Source: the human T2T-CHM13v2.0 reference genome, Homo sapiens. From it: a DNA stretch of 64,000 nucleotides. The stretch is from NCBI RefSeq assembly GCF_009914755.1, contig NC_060931.1; one strand, 5' to 3'. The number at the start of each line of letters is the position of its first letter. Position 1 is the stretch's first letter. A program made the translations under genes and the position numbers. A model generated the notes under the pieces. The model did not search any database. It was not told where the DNA came from and saw only the letters and a list, made by a program, of their open reading frames with translations. Positions 1-12,884 of the stretch are shown piece by piece.

Positions 1-1519
1 AAACAATGCTGTTAGATTTATATAATAAATTTTGTTATTACAAAATAAATTATTTTAAACAAATTGGTAAGGATAGAATTGATTTAATATCACAAAATTC
101 TTTTCTCCTTTGTTTTTACTTAGCGTATCTTTAAAATCCCCCCATGACATCATAATAATGACTATGAATACCTAATAAGCAAGCAATTTGTATTATAATA
201 GAATGTTAGAATTCATCAACTTTGATGTTTTGAAATGAAATAATATTAAATGAAATGCAAATTAAGCTATTGCAATATCTGCAGAAAATAGTCATTCAGT
301 TTTAAATTTAGGGCCTCTGGAACCTAAGTATATAAAACTCTGGACTTGTCCATTTCAAATCAATTTTTTAAAAATTATATAACAGCATGCTGTGGTTTCT
401 ATTGATCAGGTACTACTAGAGTTCACCACATGTTTATTCTGTGTCTTAATTTCACTTTTGACACTTCATTCTTCAACTCACAAATCTCTGGAGTGAATGA
501 TACCAGCAACAGCTTCCTTTGCTCAAAGAAGAAACCTTTGCAAATGGGCCCCAATGGCCCATACAATATTTTCTCACAGACAATGAAAAGCATTAAAGAG
601 AATCAGAATGACAAATTTTGTTCCCAACAGATCCCTAGGTACTTAGACAGAAGTTTTGATGACCAAATAACAAACATAAAGTCCACAATTGCTTCAACAA
701 GCGGGCCCTAGTGGGTAATGTACTTCTAAATATAAACTGATAGCGTGATATAGAATGAGTATTTTGAATTATATTTTGTACTCTTCTTTCATTTATTTGA
801 CTTAACTGCTTTGGTATCACTTTTTTAAAAATCAAATAGGGCACATTATCAATGGAGAGTTTACTAGAAGTGAGTAGGAAAGGCAAAATTAATAGATTTT
901 CAGTTTACACACATAAAACACAATTAATGTAAACCTGTTAAAGGTGGCACTAATGTAGCAGTTTATCATTTCTAAAGTTCAAAATAAGCTATTTGAAATC
1001 TAGAAAATAAGAAAACAGCTGTCATATTTTGTAAAGCAATATGCAATTTCAAAAAAAATAGATGTGCTTCTCAGCAGTGACTAACAGGGAATTAACTTGA
1101 AAATTAAAATCTTTTCATTAAGAAATCGATTTATTTTCTGGCCACTCTCTTGCAGATGTGGGATGAATTGTTTAACACAGATAATAAGTTAAATTAGCAA
1201 ACTGGCTTTGATGGTTATTTTAAAAAAGATTATTTAGCTTCACCCTCTAGTCAATCTAGAAATTAGATTTGTTACTCAAGAAGGAATTTGTTCTTTGATT
1301 GGGAGAGACATTACCCAACCCTTTTCTTACTTTGCATTCTGTCTGTGGAACAGCATGCTCATTTTTAAGTTTTCTATTACCTCTGGATGCTGATAGCACT
1401 CAGTTCTACATCCCCCCACCTCTTTCCTCCAGGGCTCATCACATGGGCTATGATGGTAAATAAAATCAATAATTGATTTTAATTTAATTGTTTAATAAAT
1501 ATAAAATTAATAAATGCTT

Positions 1520-1588
1520 GCTGTTCATGATTATATTCACCAACATCTACTAGAACAAAATATATAATAAATGAATGAATGAATGAAT
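1520..1588 (+). mobile_element. L2 3'-tail relic
   Basis: ends in ataaatgaatgaatgaatgaat, the typical L2 terminal microsatellite. Confidence 0.4.
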
Positions 1589-1643
1589 ATAAGAAGGGGG
1601 AATGGACACTGGTAAATATAAGTAAAAATTATCTCAATACAAA

Positions 1644-1752
1644 TGGCTCATGCCTGTTATAACATTTTGGGAGGCTGAAGCAGCAGGATCACTAGAGTCC
1701 AGGAGTTCGAGAGCAGCCTGAGAAACATAGTGAGACCCTGTCTCCAACAAAA
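1644..1752 (+). mobile_element. Alu left monomer (FLAM/AluJ-like)
   Basis: tggctcatgcctgt...tttgggaggctgaagcagcaggatcactagagtccaggagttcgag...tgagaccctgtctc followed by an A-rich tail. Confidence 0.85.
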
Positions 1753-1839
1753 ATTAATTAATTAATTAAAAGTATACAAAAAATTTTTAAATTTAAATTT
1801 GTTACTGCCAGGGATTTAGGGGACCAAGTCATCTTAATT

Positions 1840-2725
1840 CAATCAGAGATTAAAAAGACTGTACCTGAGCTTCTCTCTCACTGATGGATAGTTTACTTCT
1901 TGTTACTATTATTTCTGAGGTGTAATCCCTTGGTTTCTCAATTCAAAACTCAAAATCACAAGGCCCTTCCTTCGAGGAAGTATTTGCATTTGACATTTTT
2001 AAAAAACCTGTTATATACATTAATTCTTTTTTGAATATTTGCTATGTTATGTCATTTTGTTTCAGGTATGGATCTTGTGAGTTGAATAAATTTAGAAGTT
2101 ATTCTCATTATTACTATCTAGTCAGAGAAATTTTTCATATGGAAGTTTAATCCATTTCTATATATTTCTTTTATTTTATATATATACTTGAATTTTTTGC
2201 TTTGTATTGTTTTAGCTCTCCTGCTATATATGATTAATGTTTTTTAAAAATTGAGAGGGTATAGTCTCTTTTAAATTATATCACTGTTATCTTTTTAAGT
2301 GTCTGAAAATGATTCATTGCTTAAAATATTTACTTTAACTTCAGAGTCAAGGATTAAGTGGTATGTTTTGTTTTTCATTATTAATAAAGAAAATTGGGCA
2401 ATGTTTCATTCCTTCCATGCCTATTTACTGCATTTTAGGATTCTAAGGCCAAATTATTATTATTATAGTATGATTTATACAACATATGTCTTTTTTACAA
2501 AAGTAGCTTTTGATAACTGCATGAAATTTTAGGACTTATTCATAATTCTTGTTTCCATTATTTCCCCTTTTTAGAGTAAATTTGTTTTTCTTATATCTCA
2601 GTTTTAAAAACAGGGCTTGCATATTTGAAAATGTCTTTGTTGTCTTCATTCTTTTCTAACAGGTTAAAACTTTTTATTTAAAAAACATACGTATTACTTT
2701 ATTATTTCCAGGCATTACCTGTAAG
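1840..2725 (-). mobile_element. highly diverged L1M relic
   Basis: T-rich antisense L1-like texture (e.g. gaaaatgtctttgttgtcttcattc); weak match. Confidence 0.3.
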
Positions 2726-4349
2726 TCTTTTATTTCCTGTTATTTTCTGAGAGTGGCAGTCTCTCCCCAGATACAGAAAGATGGTATCTGGGGAAGCAGG
2801 AAAGAAATCAAGGATTCTCTTTACCTCAGGAAGTAACTCCAAGAGTTATAGAGGAAATAAGTGCCAAGTTCTCCATTTTGTTCATCTCTAAGTTTCTGAA
2901 ACAAGGTACAGATTCTGGCAAGAAGGAATGAAAAATCATATCGTTGCTTTTTATCAGGTATTTTGCTTTATAAAGCAAAACTAAAATAAATCATATGCCA
3001 AATGTGGCTAAATTACACTTAACACCCTTCCATCTATTCATAATAATAGTCGAGTTTTACCAGAACCTGGCATTAGGTTTTCTGTTCAGTCTTTTCTATC
3101 AGATTATCAGTTCACTTACTCCATATCTTCAAGAGTACTTCAATGAGATATTGAGAAAAACTGCAACCAGGCCAGCTAGCTAAAAACTGCTTTGTTTGGA
3201 TGATTTAGGTAACATTATTTCCAATTAGTTTTTACTATTAATATAAAATGCCAAGAACTTCTACATAGTTAGAAGCCAATTAAAGTATGCCACTTAAAGA
3301 TGTGGTAAGTTCTTATCACAAGATCTTGATTTAATAACTAGTCAAATCCATATATTTGGCTTCAAATAATTTGTACTAAAAGAACAAGTATTTACATGTA
3401 GTATTATTTTTCATTCACGAACTTGCATCATTAGTCTACTCTTTGAGGTTACATCAAAAGAAAAGCAAATGGGACAGGAAGAATGACCAAAGCATAAGAG
3501 CACAGCTAGAGTTGTAAACAAAGATATCTCACTCATGATGTATTTCAACATTTTTCATAGTAAAAGAAGAGAACATAATATTGAAGTGCACCTCTAAATT
3601 CTCCTTCATAGTTGTCAATATTGGAATTGAAATATTTAATTCAAAACTACCTTGGATAGTAATAAATTGCAGTAATGTATTTCTTTATGGGTGTTTAAAT
3701 ACATTTACTTTTTAACAATATAGATATAAAATAATGTATAAGATTTAATGATTAATCTATGAAATAGAGCAATAGTCATTAAATAGAAATATAAAATAAT
3801 TTCTAAGATTAAATGATGAATTATAAGATATGTCAAAGCACTTAAGTTGTCCACAGACCTGTTTATCATATAATTTACTTGTCAGGGAAACTGTTCAGAT
3901 AGATAAAATATTTTTGAATCCAGAAGGTATTAACTATAAGCTATACTGTGCCCACTAAAGAACTATATCATAGTATTATTTTTAGTTTTCAAATTGCATA
4001 ACAATGAATTTGCACCTAGAATCTAGTGATTCACTAAAAACTTTTGTGTGGATGTTGATGAGAAATCTTTGGTTTAGGACAGGCTATTTTCTTTTAACAA
4101 TGCATTGAAAATCTGCAGTCAATTCTTAAACTAATTGAAGTATTCATGTGACGTTAAATGCATGGAAAACAAGCAGTTCTAAGAGAAAAGTTTATAGAAA
4201 CAGACTTCTTGAAATGATATCTCTGATATCTTTTGAAGCTAACACTTTCAAGGAATATTAGTTTCAATATGCACATTAAGCCAGCTTTTGTTACAGCTAA
4301 AAGTTTGTTCAATTTAAGTGAGTTTTCAGAATTCTGTAAACCTCATTTC

Positions 4350-7300
4350 CAAGAGCCTACATCAAAAAAATACAAAGATCTCACATAAGCAGCCTAACAT
4401 TATACCTCAAAGGACTAGATAAACAGGAACAATCAAAACCTGAATAATTAGAAAAAAAGAAATAATAAACATCAAAGCAAAAATAAACAAAATAGAGACA
4501 AAATATAAAAAAATCAACAAAACAATGAGCTATTGTTTTTTCGAAAAGATAAAGAATGCTGACAAACCTTTAGCTAGACCAAGAAAAAAAGAGAGAACAA
4601 ACAAGTAAATAAAATCAGAGATATAAAAGGAGACACTGCAATGGATACTACAGAAATACAAAGGATAATAAGTGACTACCACAAACAAGTATATCCCAAC
4701 AAATCAGAAAACCTAGAAGAGATGGATAAATTCCTGGACACAAAAACTTACCAAGATTGAATCATGAAGAAATAAAAAACTTGAGAAGGCCAATGAGTAA
4801 TGAGAATGAAGAAATAATAAAAAGTGTCTCATCAAAGAAAGCCCAAGACTTGACGGCTTCACTGCTGAATTCTACTAGCCATTTAAAGAAGAATAGCACT
4901 TCTACTCAAACTATTTCAAAAAATTGAAAGGAGGGAATACTTCTAAACTTATTCTACAAAGCCAATATTACTCTGATACCAAAACCAGACAAAGATACAA
5001 CAAAAAAGGAAACTAATGTCCAGTATTCATGATGAACATAGATGAAAAAATCCTCAACAAAATACTAGCAAACTCAATTCAACAGCACATTAAAAATAAT
5101 CACTCACTGTGATCAAGTGGGATTCATCTCAGAGATGCAGAAAATATTCAACATATGCAAATTAATAAACACAATCACATTACCAAAATCAAGGACAAAA
5201 ACTACATGATCATTTTAATAGATGCTGGGAGAGCATTTGATAAAATTAAATATACCTTCATGAAAACACTGTCAACGAATTGAGTATAGAAGGAACATAC
5301 CTCAACATAATAAAGGCCCTATATGAGAAACCCACAGCTAAATCAAATTGAATAGAGAAAAGTTAAAAGCTTTTCCTCTAATATCTAGAACAAAACAAGA
5401 ATGTCCACTCGTCCCATGTTTATACAACATAACACTGGAAGTTCTAGCAAGAACAATTAAGCAGGAGAAATAAATAAAAGGCATTCAAATTGAATGGAGG
5501 AGGTTAAATTGTTCCTGTGTGCAGATAACATTTTCACATATATTAATGTATAGAAAACCCTAAACACTCCACCAAAAAAAATTATTAGAAACAACACAAA
5601 TTTCTATTCAAAATCAACATAGAAAAATCAGTAGCACTTGAATTTGTCAACAGTAAACTATCTGAAAAAGAAATCCAAAAAGCAATTTTATTTACAATAG
5701 CTACAAAAAATACCTAGGAATAAACTTAACTAAGGAGGTGAAAGAGCTCTACAATGAAAACAATAAAACATCGATGAAAGAAATGGAAAAGAACAAAAAA
5801 AAAAGGAAGATATCCTATGTTCATGGATTGGAAGAATTAATATTGTCAAAATATTCATATTACAAAAACAGTCTATAGATTCAATGCAATGTTTATCAAA
5901 ATGCCAATGACATTCTTCACAGAAATAGAAAAAATATTTCAAAATTTATCTAGAAATGCAAAAGACTCCAGCGAGCCAAAGCAATGTTGAACAAAGAGAG
6001 CAAAGCCGAAGACATTACATTACCTAACTCCAAAATATACAGAAAAGCTATAGTAAGTAACACAACATAGTACTGGCATAAAAAGAGACATATAGACTAA
6101 CAGAACAAAAAAGAAAACCCAGAAATCATCCATTTACAGGAAACTGATTTTCAGCAAAGGTGCCAAGGATCCACATTGAGGGAATGGCAGTCTTTTCAAT
6201 AAATAGTACTGGGAAAACTGAGTATTGACTTATAGAAAAAATAAAACTATATAACTATCTCTCACCCTATGCAAAAATCAACCCTAAATGGATTAAAGAC
6301 TTCAATGTAAGACCAGAAACTATGAAACTAGTAAAAGAAAACATAAGGAAATTGCTTCATGAAATTGGACAGCAACAATATTTTGAGTAAGGCCTTGAAA
6401 GCACAGGCAACAAAATAAAAAATATACAGATGGGATTACACAAAACTAAAATCTTCTGCACAGCAAAGAAAAAAATCAATAGAGTGAAGAGACAACCTAC
6501 AGAATGGGGGGAAGTATTTGCAAATTATGCATCCAACAAACAATTAATATCCAGAATATGTAAGGAACCCTTAGCAGCGAAAGAAATTCTAATTTTAAAC
6601 TGGGCAAAAGAACTGAATAGACATTTCTCAAATGAAAGCATGCAAATGGCCAAAAGTTACGTGAAAAAAAATTACACATCACTAATCATTAGGGAAATGG
6701 AAATCAAAGCCAAAATGTTGTATAACCTCACCCCAGTTAGAATGATTATCATAAAAAAATAAACAAACAAAACAAAACAAAAAATTACAAAAGCTGGCAA
6801 AGATGTGGAGAAAGGGGAACTCTTATGCACTGTTGCTGGGATAGAAATCAGTGCCACCATTATGTGAAACAGTATAGAATTTCCTCATAAAGCTAAAAAT
6901 GGAACTACCATATAACTCAGCAATCCCATTACTGGGTATATATCCAAAGGAATTGAAATCAGTGTTTCAAATTGATATCTGCACTCCAATGTTTATTGGA
7001 GCACTATACACAATAGACAATAAAAATATCAACCTAAATGCCCATCTACTAATGACTGAATGAGGAAAATATAATATACATACACAGTGAAATACTATTC
7101 AGTCATAAAACAGAATAAAATCATGTCACTGCAGGCAACATGAATGAACTTGGAGGACATTATGTTAAGTGGAATAAGTCAGACACAGAAAGACAAACAC
7201 TGCATGATCTCATGCATTTGTGGAATCTAAAAAAGTTGATTTCATAAAAGAGTATTATATTGATTACCAGAGAATTGGGAGGGAGGATTGAGAGAGGATG

Positions 7301-7575
7301 GTCAATAGATTCAAAGTTACAGCTTGACAGGAAGAATAAGTTCTAGTGTTCTATTATACAGTAAGATGACTATAGCACATGATAATGTAGCGTATATTTG
7401 AACATAGCTAGAGGAGAAGGTTTTGATTATCACCACAAAGAAATTATAAATATTTAAAGTAATGAATATAGTAATTAGTCTTATTTGATCATTATACATT
7501 GAAACATCATATTGTACCCAACCAATATGTGCAATGATTATGTCACTTACAAATAAAAATTGATTAAAAAAGAAA
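4350..7575 (+). mobile_element. 5'-truncated L1MA-type LINE-1 (disrupted ORF2 plus 3'UTR)
   Basis: continuous ORF2 homology; ORF 6430-6762 KINRVKRQPTEWGEVFANY...; L1MA-type 3'UTR (gacaggaagaataagttctagtgttctat) and A-rich end. Confidence 0.93.
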
Positions 7576-7780
7576 ATAATGCAAATTAAAACTACAAAAT
7601 AATTTTACATAAAATAATTAGGACTAATAAGGCCCATGTTTCAAAGATTTCATATTTAGATTATAATCCTTTTCCAAATGTAGGGTGTCATTTAAGTTAA
7701 TCAAATTCTTTCACCAAAAACTTTGCAAACTATCTGTTCTGAAAGACCAGTCTTTTACTTGTCTATCCATTATAGGCCTA

Positions 7781-7853
7781 TAAAAAGTTGATTTCATAGA
7801 AGAGTATTATATTGATTACCAGCGAATTGGGAGGGGTAGCAGTGAGGGAGGAT
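7781..7853 (+). repeat. local non-tandem copy of L1 3'UTR segment 7228-7287
   Basis: about 55 bp match with 2 substitutions and 1 indel. Confidence 0.85.
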
Positions 7854-7855
7854 GA

Positions 7856-7886
7856 TGAGAGTGAGAGAGAGAAAGAGAGAGAGAGA
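7856..7886 (+). repeat. (GA)n microsatellite
   Basis: gagagtgagagagagaaagagagagagaga. Confidence 0.8.
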
Positions 7887-8969
7887 TTGCATCAGCTTGG
7901 TTTTAAATAGGAATGCAAATACAGTGATTAAAAATGATCATATGAAACCAAATTCAATGACTAGAACTTTCCTATAAACTATAAGATAGATATGATAAGC
8001 CTAGACAAAGATAATAACATTATAAATCCCTTTTGAACCATGTTTATAATGAGAGGACTAGCAAAGGAATAGGTCTGCATTTGGGCCAATAGTATAATGC
8101 AGGTTTGAAACACTGGCAGCTTCTGCCCAAATCACTGTCAGATATTGTTAATTGATTTTGCCATTTTCAAATCACTTAGCTACTAACTAGAGATGTGGTT
8201 TCTCAGTCTTTGCCCATACAGCCTTCCAGACGGCCACTTCTAATCTATTGGTATTAACATAAAACCAGTTTGCCAAGGAGAGAAATGAAAAACTATGACA
8301 AGAATAAGGAGACTAATCTGACTTCTGCTTTGTTTCTGTCTTTACAATTAAATATGTGAACATGAAAGCATATAACATTCTTGTTTAAGTGAAAAGATAT
8401 ACTGGACTAACTAAACTAATATGGATGAACACATAGTTTCTAGCCATATAAGTAATATAAGGGGACACTGTGATCATATAGAAGTGTGATTATAGAAATA
8501 CAAGACCAACTTTAGACGGGAACAGTCAGGGAAGGTTAAACATAGCATAAACCTGGAAGCACTACTTAAAGAAATTGAAAAGAGCTGGTAAAGAGATTCC
8601 AAAGAGCTGGACTCCATGTATGTCACAATGCAGTTAAAACCATGTGAAAAAAGAAAAACTTTATTACAGATTTTTGAATTAGCCAGTATGTGCCAAAAGA
8701 TTTTAAAAGAGAAATCCTTGGGACAAAAGGCAAAAATGTGGTTTATGGCCAGGTTCTGAGCAGCATATCTTCATTGTTTCCTAATTCCTTTTGGGCCCAA
8801 ATCCTACAATGAACTAATTTTACTCATATCTTTCCTCCTTTTTACAAATCTTTTCCTCACTGCCATGATGAAGCTTAATGATTTTTTTTTTCAATTGTGA
8901 AATGTCAAAGCTATGGGAAGGTAGCATGCCAATTTGCTTTGTGTTTAATTTTCTCTTCAATTTTCTTAG

Positions 8970-9425
8970 ATGGAAGTTATATTACAAATTCTCTCTAAAT
9001 TGATCTGTAGATTCAACAAAAAATGCAATAGGCTTTTTTGAAAAAGAAATAGAGCAGCTAATTCTAAAATATATACGGAAATATAAAGAATCTAAAAGAG
9101 ATAAACCAATTCTTACAAAAGAAAAAGACTAAGAGATGTTATTCTTTTCATTTCAAGAATTATTATATATTTACAGTAGTCTACATTGTCTGGTATTGGC
9201 CAAAAATAAAGAGTTTAATGGAATGAAGTAGAGTCCAGAAATACAGCCACATACACATCACCATTTTATTTTCAACATAGGTACAAAGCAATTCGATGAT
9301 GAAATGCTAGCCCTTCAATGCACTGGAACAATTGGTTGACCTATAAGGAAAAACAATAAAAATAAATACTGACTCTTCCTTTAATTGCACCAGTTACAAA
9401 ATTAACTCAAAGTTTATCATAGACT
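8970..9425 (+). mobile_element. old L1M ORF2 fragment
   Basis: aaattgatctgtagattcaa...ctaattctaaaatatata...gagtccagaaatacagccacatac...aattaactcaaa. Confidence 0.75.
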
Positions 9426-9459
9426 TTTTAATGACCATAACACTTTTTTAAAGTAGTTA

Positions 9460-9810
9460 CTTTTTAGAATGTTTTGCAACTTAGAGTGTCTCATGTTTTC
9501 TCACGAATAGACTCAGGCTATGCATTGTTAAGAAGGATCATGCAAAGGTGATGTCTTCTCACATCACATCAGGAAATATATGAGGTTGATACTTGCTTAA
9601 ACTGTTACATGCCTCGATTGTCCACTCTATAGTTATTATTTTTTCCTACTTAATTGTTAAATAATTTTGGGGGAGGGAAGGACACTTAGAAACTATGTGC
9701 ATATTTTGTACCTATTTAAATTTATATCCACTAGTTTTAGCATGCATCAGATGTTGCCTGTGGTAATTATTAATGTAATGTTCTAATTGTGTGATTCTGT
9801 TTCCCTCTTC
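9460..9810 (-). mobile_element. L1MC-type 3'UTR fragment
   Basis: gttttctcacgaatagactcaggctatgcattg...ggtgatgtcttctcacatcacatcagga resembles the antisense L1MC4/5 3' end. Confidence 0.55.
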
Positions 9811-9814
9811 CCAA

Positions 9815-10435
9815 TTCCCTGACAATACCATGGCAGAGCTAGAAAGAGGTACCTTATTACTTCCTGAGGAAGATGAAAGTCTAAAGTTTTTAAGTGGTCC
9901 CCAGTGACACTATGGGGTCTTAGTTACTGAATGGTAAAGATGAAAGTCCAAACTTCTTATTTAACATTGTGTGATACCAAGGCAGTCAGAATTGGAGGCA
10001 CCTTGTTACAACTTGATGAGAGTGTAATCTATGAACTCTACTCAACTTTACTGGCATGGATCAGGGAGGGGACCAAAGTTAATTTTCTGTGGCATTTGGC
10101 TTGTGTAGAGAAGTTGTCTAAAAGTTCTCTATTTGGTGAGGCTGTCTCTTTTCTGATCCTTTGGCTAGAGAGGGCTTTTCTTCTTTTGTCTGTGCCCATT
10201 GGTATTTCTAGGTTTCCAACTTCTGGTCCTATTTTAGAATATGTAAGGCAAAATGAAAACCCAAGAAATTCACCACCACATAATTTCTTGGGTCAGAGGT
10301 ACCCTAGTGTGTCTGTGTTCTCTCCACCATTTACAGTTATTTTATATTTGCATTATACATAATGTCCAGAGTTTTTAGTTATACTTCATAAGAAGAATAG
10401 GGACATTTATGAGTACTTCACCTTTCTGAAATATA
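9815..10435 (-). mobile_element. old L1M 5'-end (antisense) fragment
   Basis: ttctgatcctttggctagagagg...gcaaaatgaaaacccaagaaattcacc...aatgtccagagtttttagtt resembles the L1MC/MD 5'UTR; explains ORF 9931-10362. Confidence 0.5.
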
Positions 10436-10449
10436 AATTCTCTTTTACC

Positions 10450-11480
10450 TCTTTTTGTTTGGTTGTTTTCTTATTGTTGAGTTTAGGAACTTCTTCATAT
10501 GTCTGGACACAAATTTATTTGGTCAGAAATGTGATTTGCAAATATTTTCTTACAGTCTATGGCATATATTTTAATCTTCTGACAGCATCTTTCACAGAGC
10601 AAAAGGTTTAAAGTTTGATTAAGTCCAATTTACCAATGTTTTATTTTATAGATTATGCTTTCGTATCTAAAAACCTTTTGCCTAGCAAATAATTGTGTAC
10701 ATTTTCTCCCACGATTTTTTCTCAGAGTTTTATAATTTTTGCATTTTACGTTAAACTCTATTATTTATTTTTTGTTAATTATATATTAGCTTTCAGTATA
10801 AGTCATGAATTTCTTGCTCATTGTGTATATAAATGTTCAGTAGCTCTAACATCATTTGTTGACAGGCTTTTATCCATTGAATTGCCTCTGCACCTCTGTC
10901 AAAATCAGTTAACTGTATTTATGTGGGTTTATTTCTGAGCTCTCTATTTTGTTCAATTAATGTGTATGTAATCATTACTTACACTGGATTGCCTTGATTA
11001 CTGTAGTTTTATATTAAATTTTGATATTGGGTAGTGAGTAGTCAAACTTTGTTTTTCTTCAAAATTAATTTTGAAACTCTAGTTCTTTCATCTTTGCACA
11101 TAAACTTTAGAATAAGCTTACTGACATCTATAAGAAAAAAATTAAGGCTTAAGGCAGGAGGATCACCCGAACCCTGGAAGTCGGGTCTGCAGTGAATTAT
11201 GTTTGGGTCATGCACTCCAGCCTGGGCAATAGAGCCAGACTCTGTCTCAAAAAAGAAAAAGAAGAAAAAAGTCTGCTGGGGTTTTGATTTGAATTGCATT
11301 GAAACTATTTTCAAAGACTTTATTCTTACTTAGAAATCATCGTATCTTCCAATCCATGAGCACTCCATGTATTACCATTTATGTAGATCTTTGATTTTTA
11401 TAATCAATGATTTGTAGATTTTGGCATATACATTCTGCATGTATTTTGTTAATTTATAAGTACTTTACTTTTTTGACATT
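10450..11480 (-). mobile_element. old L1M ORF2 3' region, interrupted by an Alu fragment
   Basis: gatttgcaaatattttct...ccttgattactgtagttt...ttccaatccatgagca; ORF 11042-11314 ends KLILKFMCK...ILKKNKV (ORF2-like). Confidence 0.8.
11145..11270 (+). mobile_element. Alu right-monomer fragment (FRAM/AluJ-like)
   Basis: aggcaggaggatcacc...gcactccagcctgggcaatagagccagactctgtctc followed by an A tail. Confidence 0.85.
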
Positions 11481-11499
11481 ATAATTTTTGTCTAAATTT

Positions 11500-12380
11500 A
11501 GAAAGCTTTAATAAGCTTTCTTTGTCACTCCAATCTCCTATAGAGATAACTTGTGCCTAGAGTGGGAATGGCTACCAGAGCAAACATTAGCAATTTTGAA
11601 TTTTGGTCTTCTCTTTGCCCTGTGCTTAGAGAGGGTCTATATGTTTGCTCTAGTTCTGTCATCCTCTAGCAGTATTCTGAATATGTTAGGTTGGCAGTGG
11701 GGAGTGATGTGCCTTGAGAGAAGGGGGACATATTAGTCCCTGTTCTTCTGATTAAGCCTCATCTTAGATATGCAGCATGTCTCTGGGGTATATCTTTTAT
11801 AAGTTATCTTGCTCCTCACCCTAGTTTTGGGTTCACTAGGTAGTCCTTCCTCTCCAAAAGTTAATTTTTTTCTTCTACTTCCTTCTCTGAGTGGCAACTG
11901 ATGTTCTAATGGCAGCAGCACTTGTTCTTAAACCACAGATTAAAACTTTCATTCTGAAGGGGAGAAGGCTCCAGGAGATTCTTGCATCTAACTGCACAGC
12001 TGTTGCTTTTCCTTAAGGTTAGATCACAGTCAATATTTCTTAGAGTTCTTTCCAATTTTTCTGAGTATCCAGTGAAGTTTTCAAGTAAAAGCCTACAAGA
12101 CGGGACAGATTTACCCAATTTCTAAAGCCCCCATGAGTTTCCTATTGCCCCACCAACCCTTGCTACATCTATACCATTTGAATGTTTTGGGAGGCATTTT
12201 AAACTATTCTTACTCTTCTTACTGTAATTCAACTGCTTCTACTGCAGGCAAACAAGTTCTCAACTCCTTTCTCCCTGCAGGCTTCATTATTCATTAGATT
12301 TGGGGCTCGTTGTTTGTAATTGCAAGCTTAGTAAACCAATGGGTTAAAAAAAATCATGAATTTGAAGTTAGCCTGGCTAA
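11500..12380 (-). mobile_element. old L1M 5'-region fragment
   Basis: antisense L1 5'UTR-like motifs (aatgggttaaaaaaaatcatgaatttgaagttagcctggct). Confidence 0.4.
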
Positions 12381-12385
12381 ACATT

Positions 12386-12884
12386 TGTAATGGCACAGGT
12401 TATGTGCCACTTTGGATTATGGGATGTCCAAACAGTTGGTCAAACAGTCTTAGTATGTCTGTGAGGGTGATTCTGGATAAGAGTACCATTGAATGGATGG
12501 ATTCAGTAGAGTAGACTGCCCGCCTTAATAGGGGTGGGCCCTATCCAATCAGTCAAAGGCCTGAGTAGAACAAAATGGCTGGCTCTCCCAGGAGTAAGAG
12601 TGAACTCCTCATGTCTGATAATTTAAAGCTGGGACATCTTTTCTTTCCTACCTTTGTATTTGAATTCAAACATTGGCTCCTCCTGGATCTTCAGTATGCA
12701 GGTATTCAAACTGGAACTATACCATTGGCTTTTCCTGGGTCTTCAGCTTTTGAACTACAGATCTTGGGACATGTCAGAGTCCATAATTGTATAAGACATT
12801 CCTTAAAATAAATCTCTTAAGATATAGATATAGGTATGTAAATATATAGATATATAGATATTGATTCTATTACCCTGACTAATA
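12386..12884 (+). mobile_element. MLT2 (ERVL) solo LTR, MLT2B/D-like
   Basis: tgtctgtgagggtgattctggat...ggtgggccctatccaatcagtcaaaggcctgagtagaacaaaa...aataaatctc...ccctgactaata. Confidence 0.85.

Noticed and set aside
430-711. 93-aa ORF in non-repeat sequence
   Set aside because: No recognisable domain or supporting splice structure; ORFs of this length occur by chance.
9931-10362. 143-aa ORF, the longest in the track
   Set aside because: Lies in a probable old L1 5'-end relic; no protein family resemblance.
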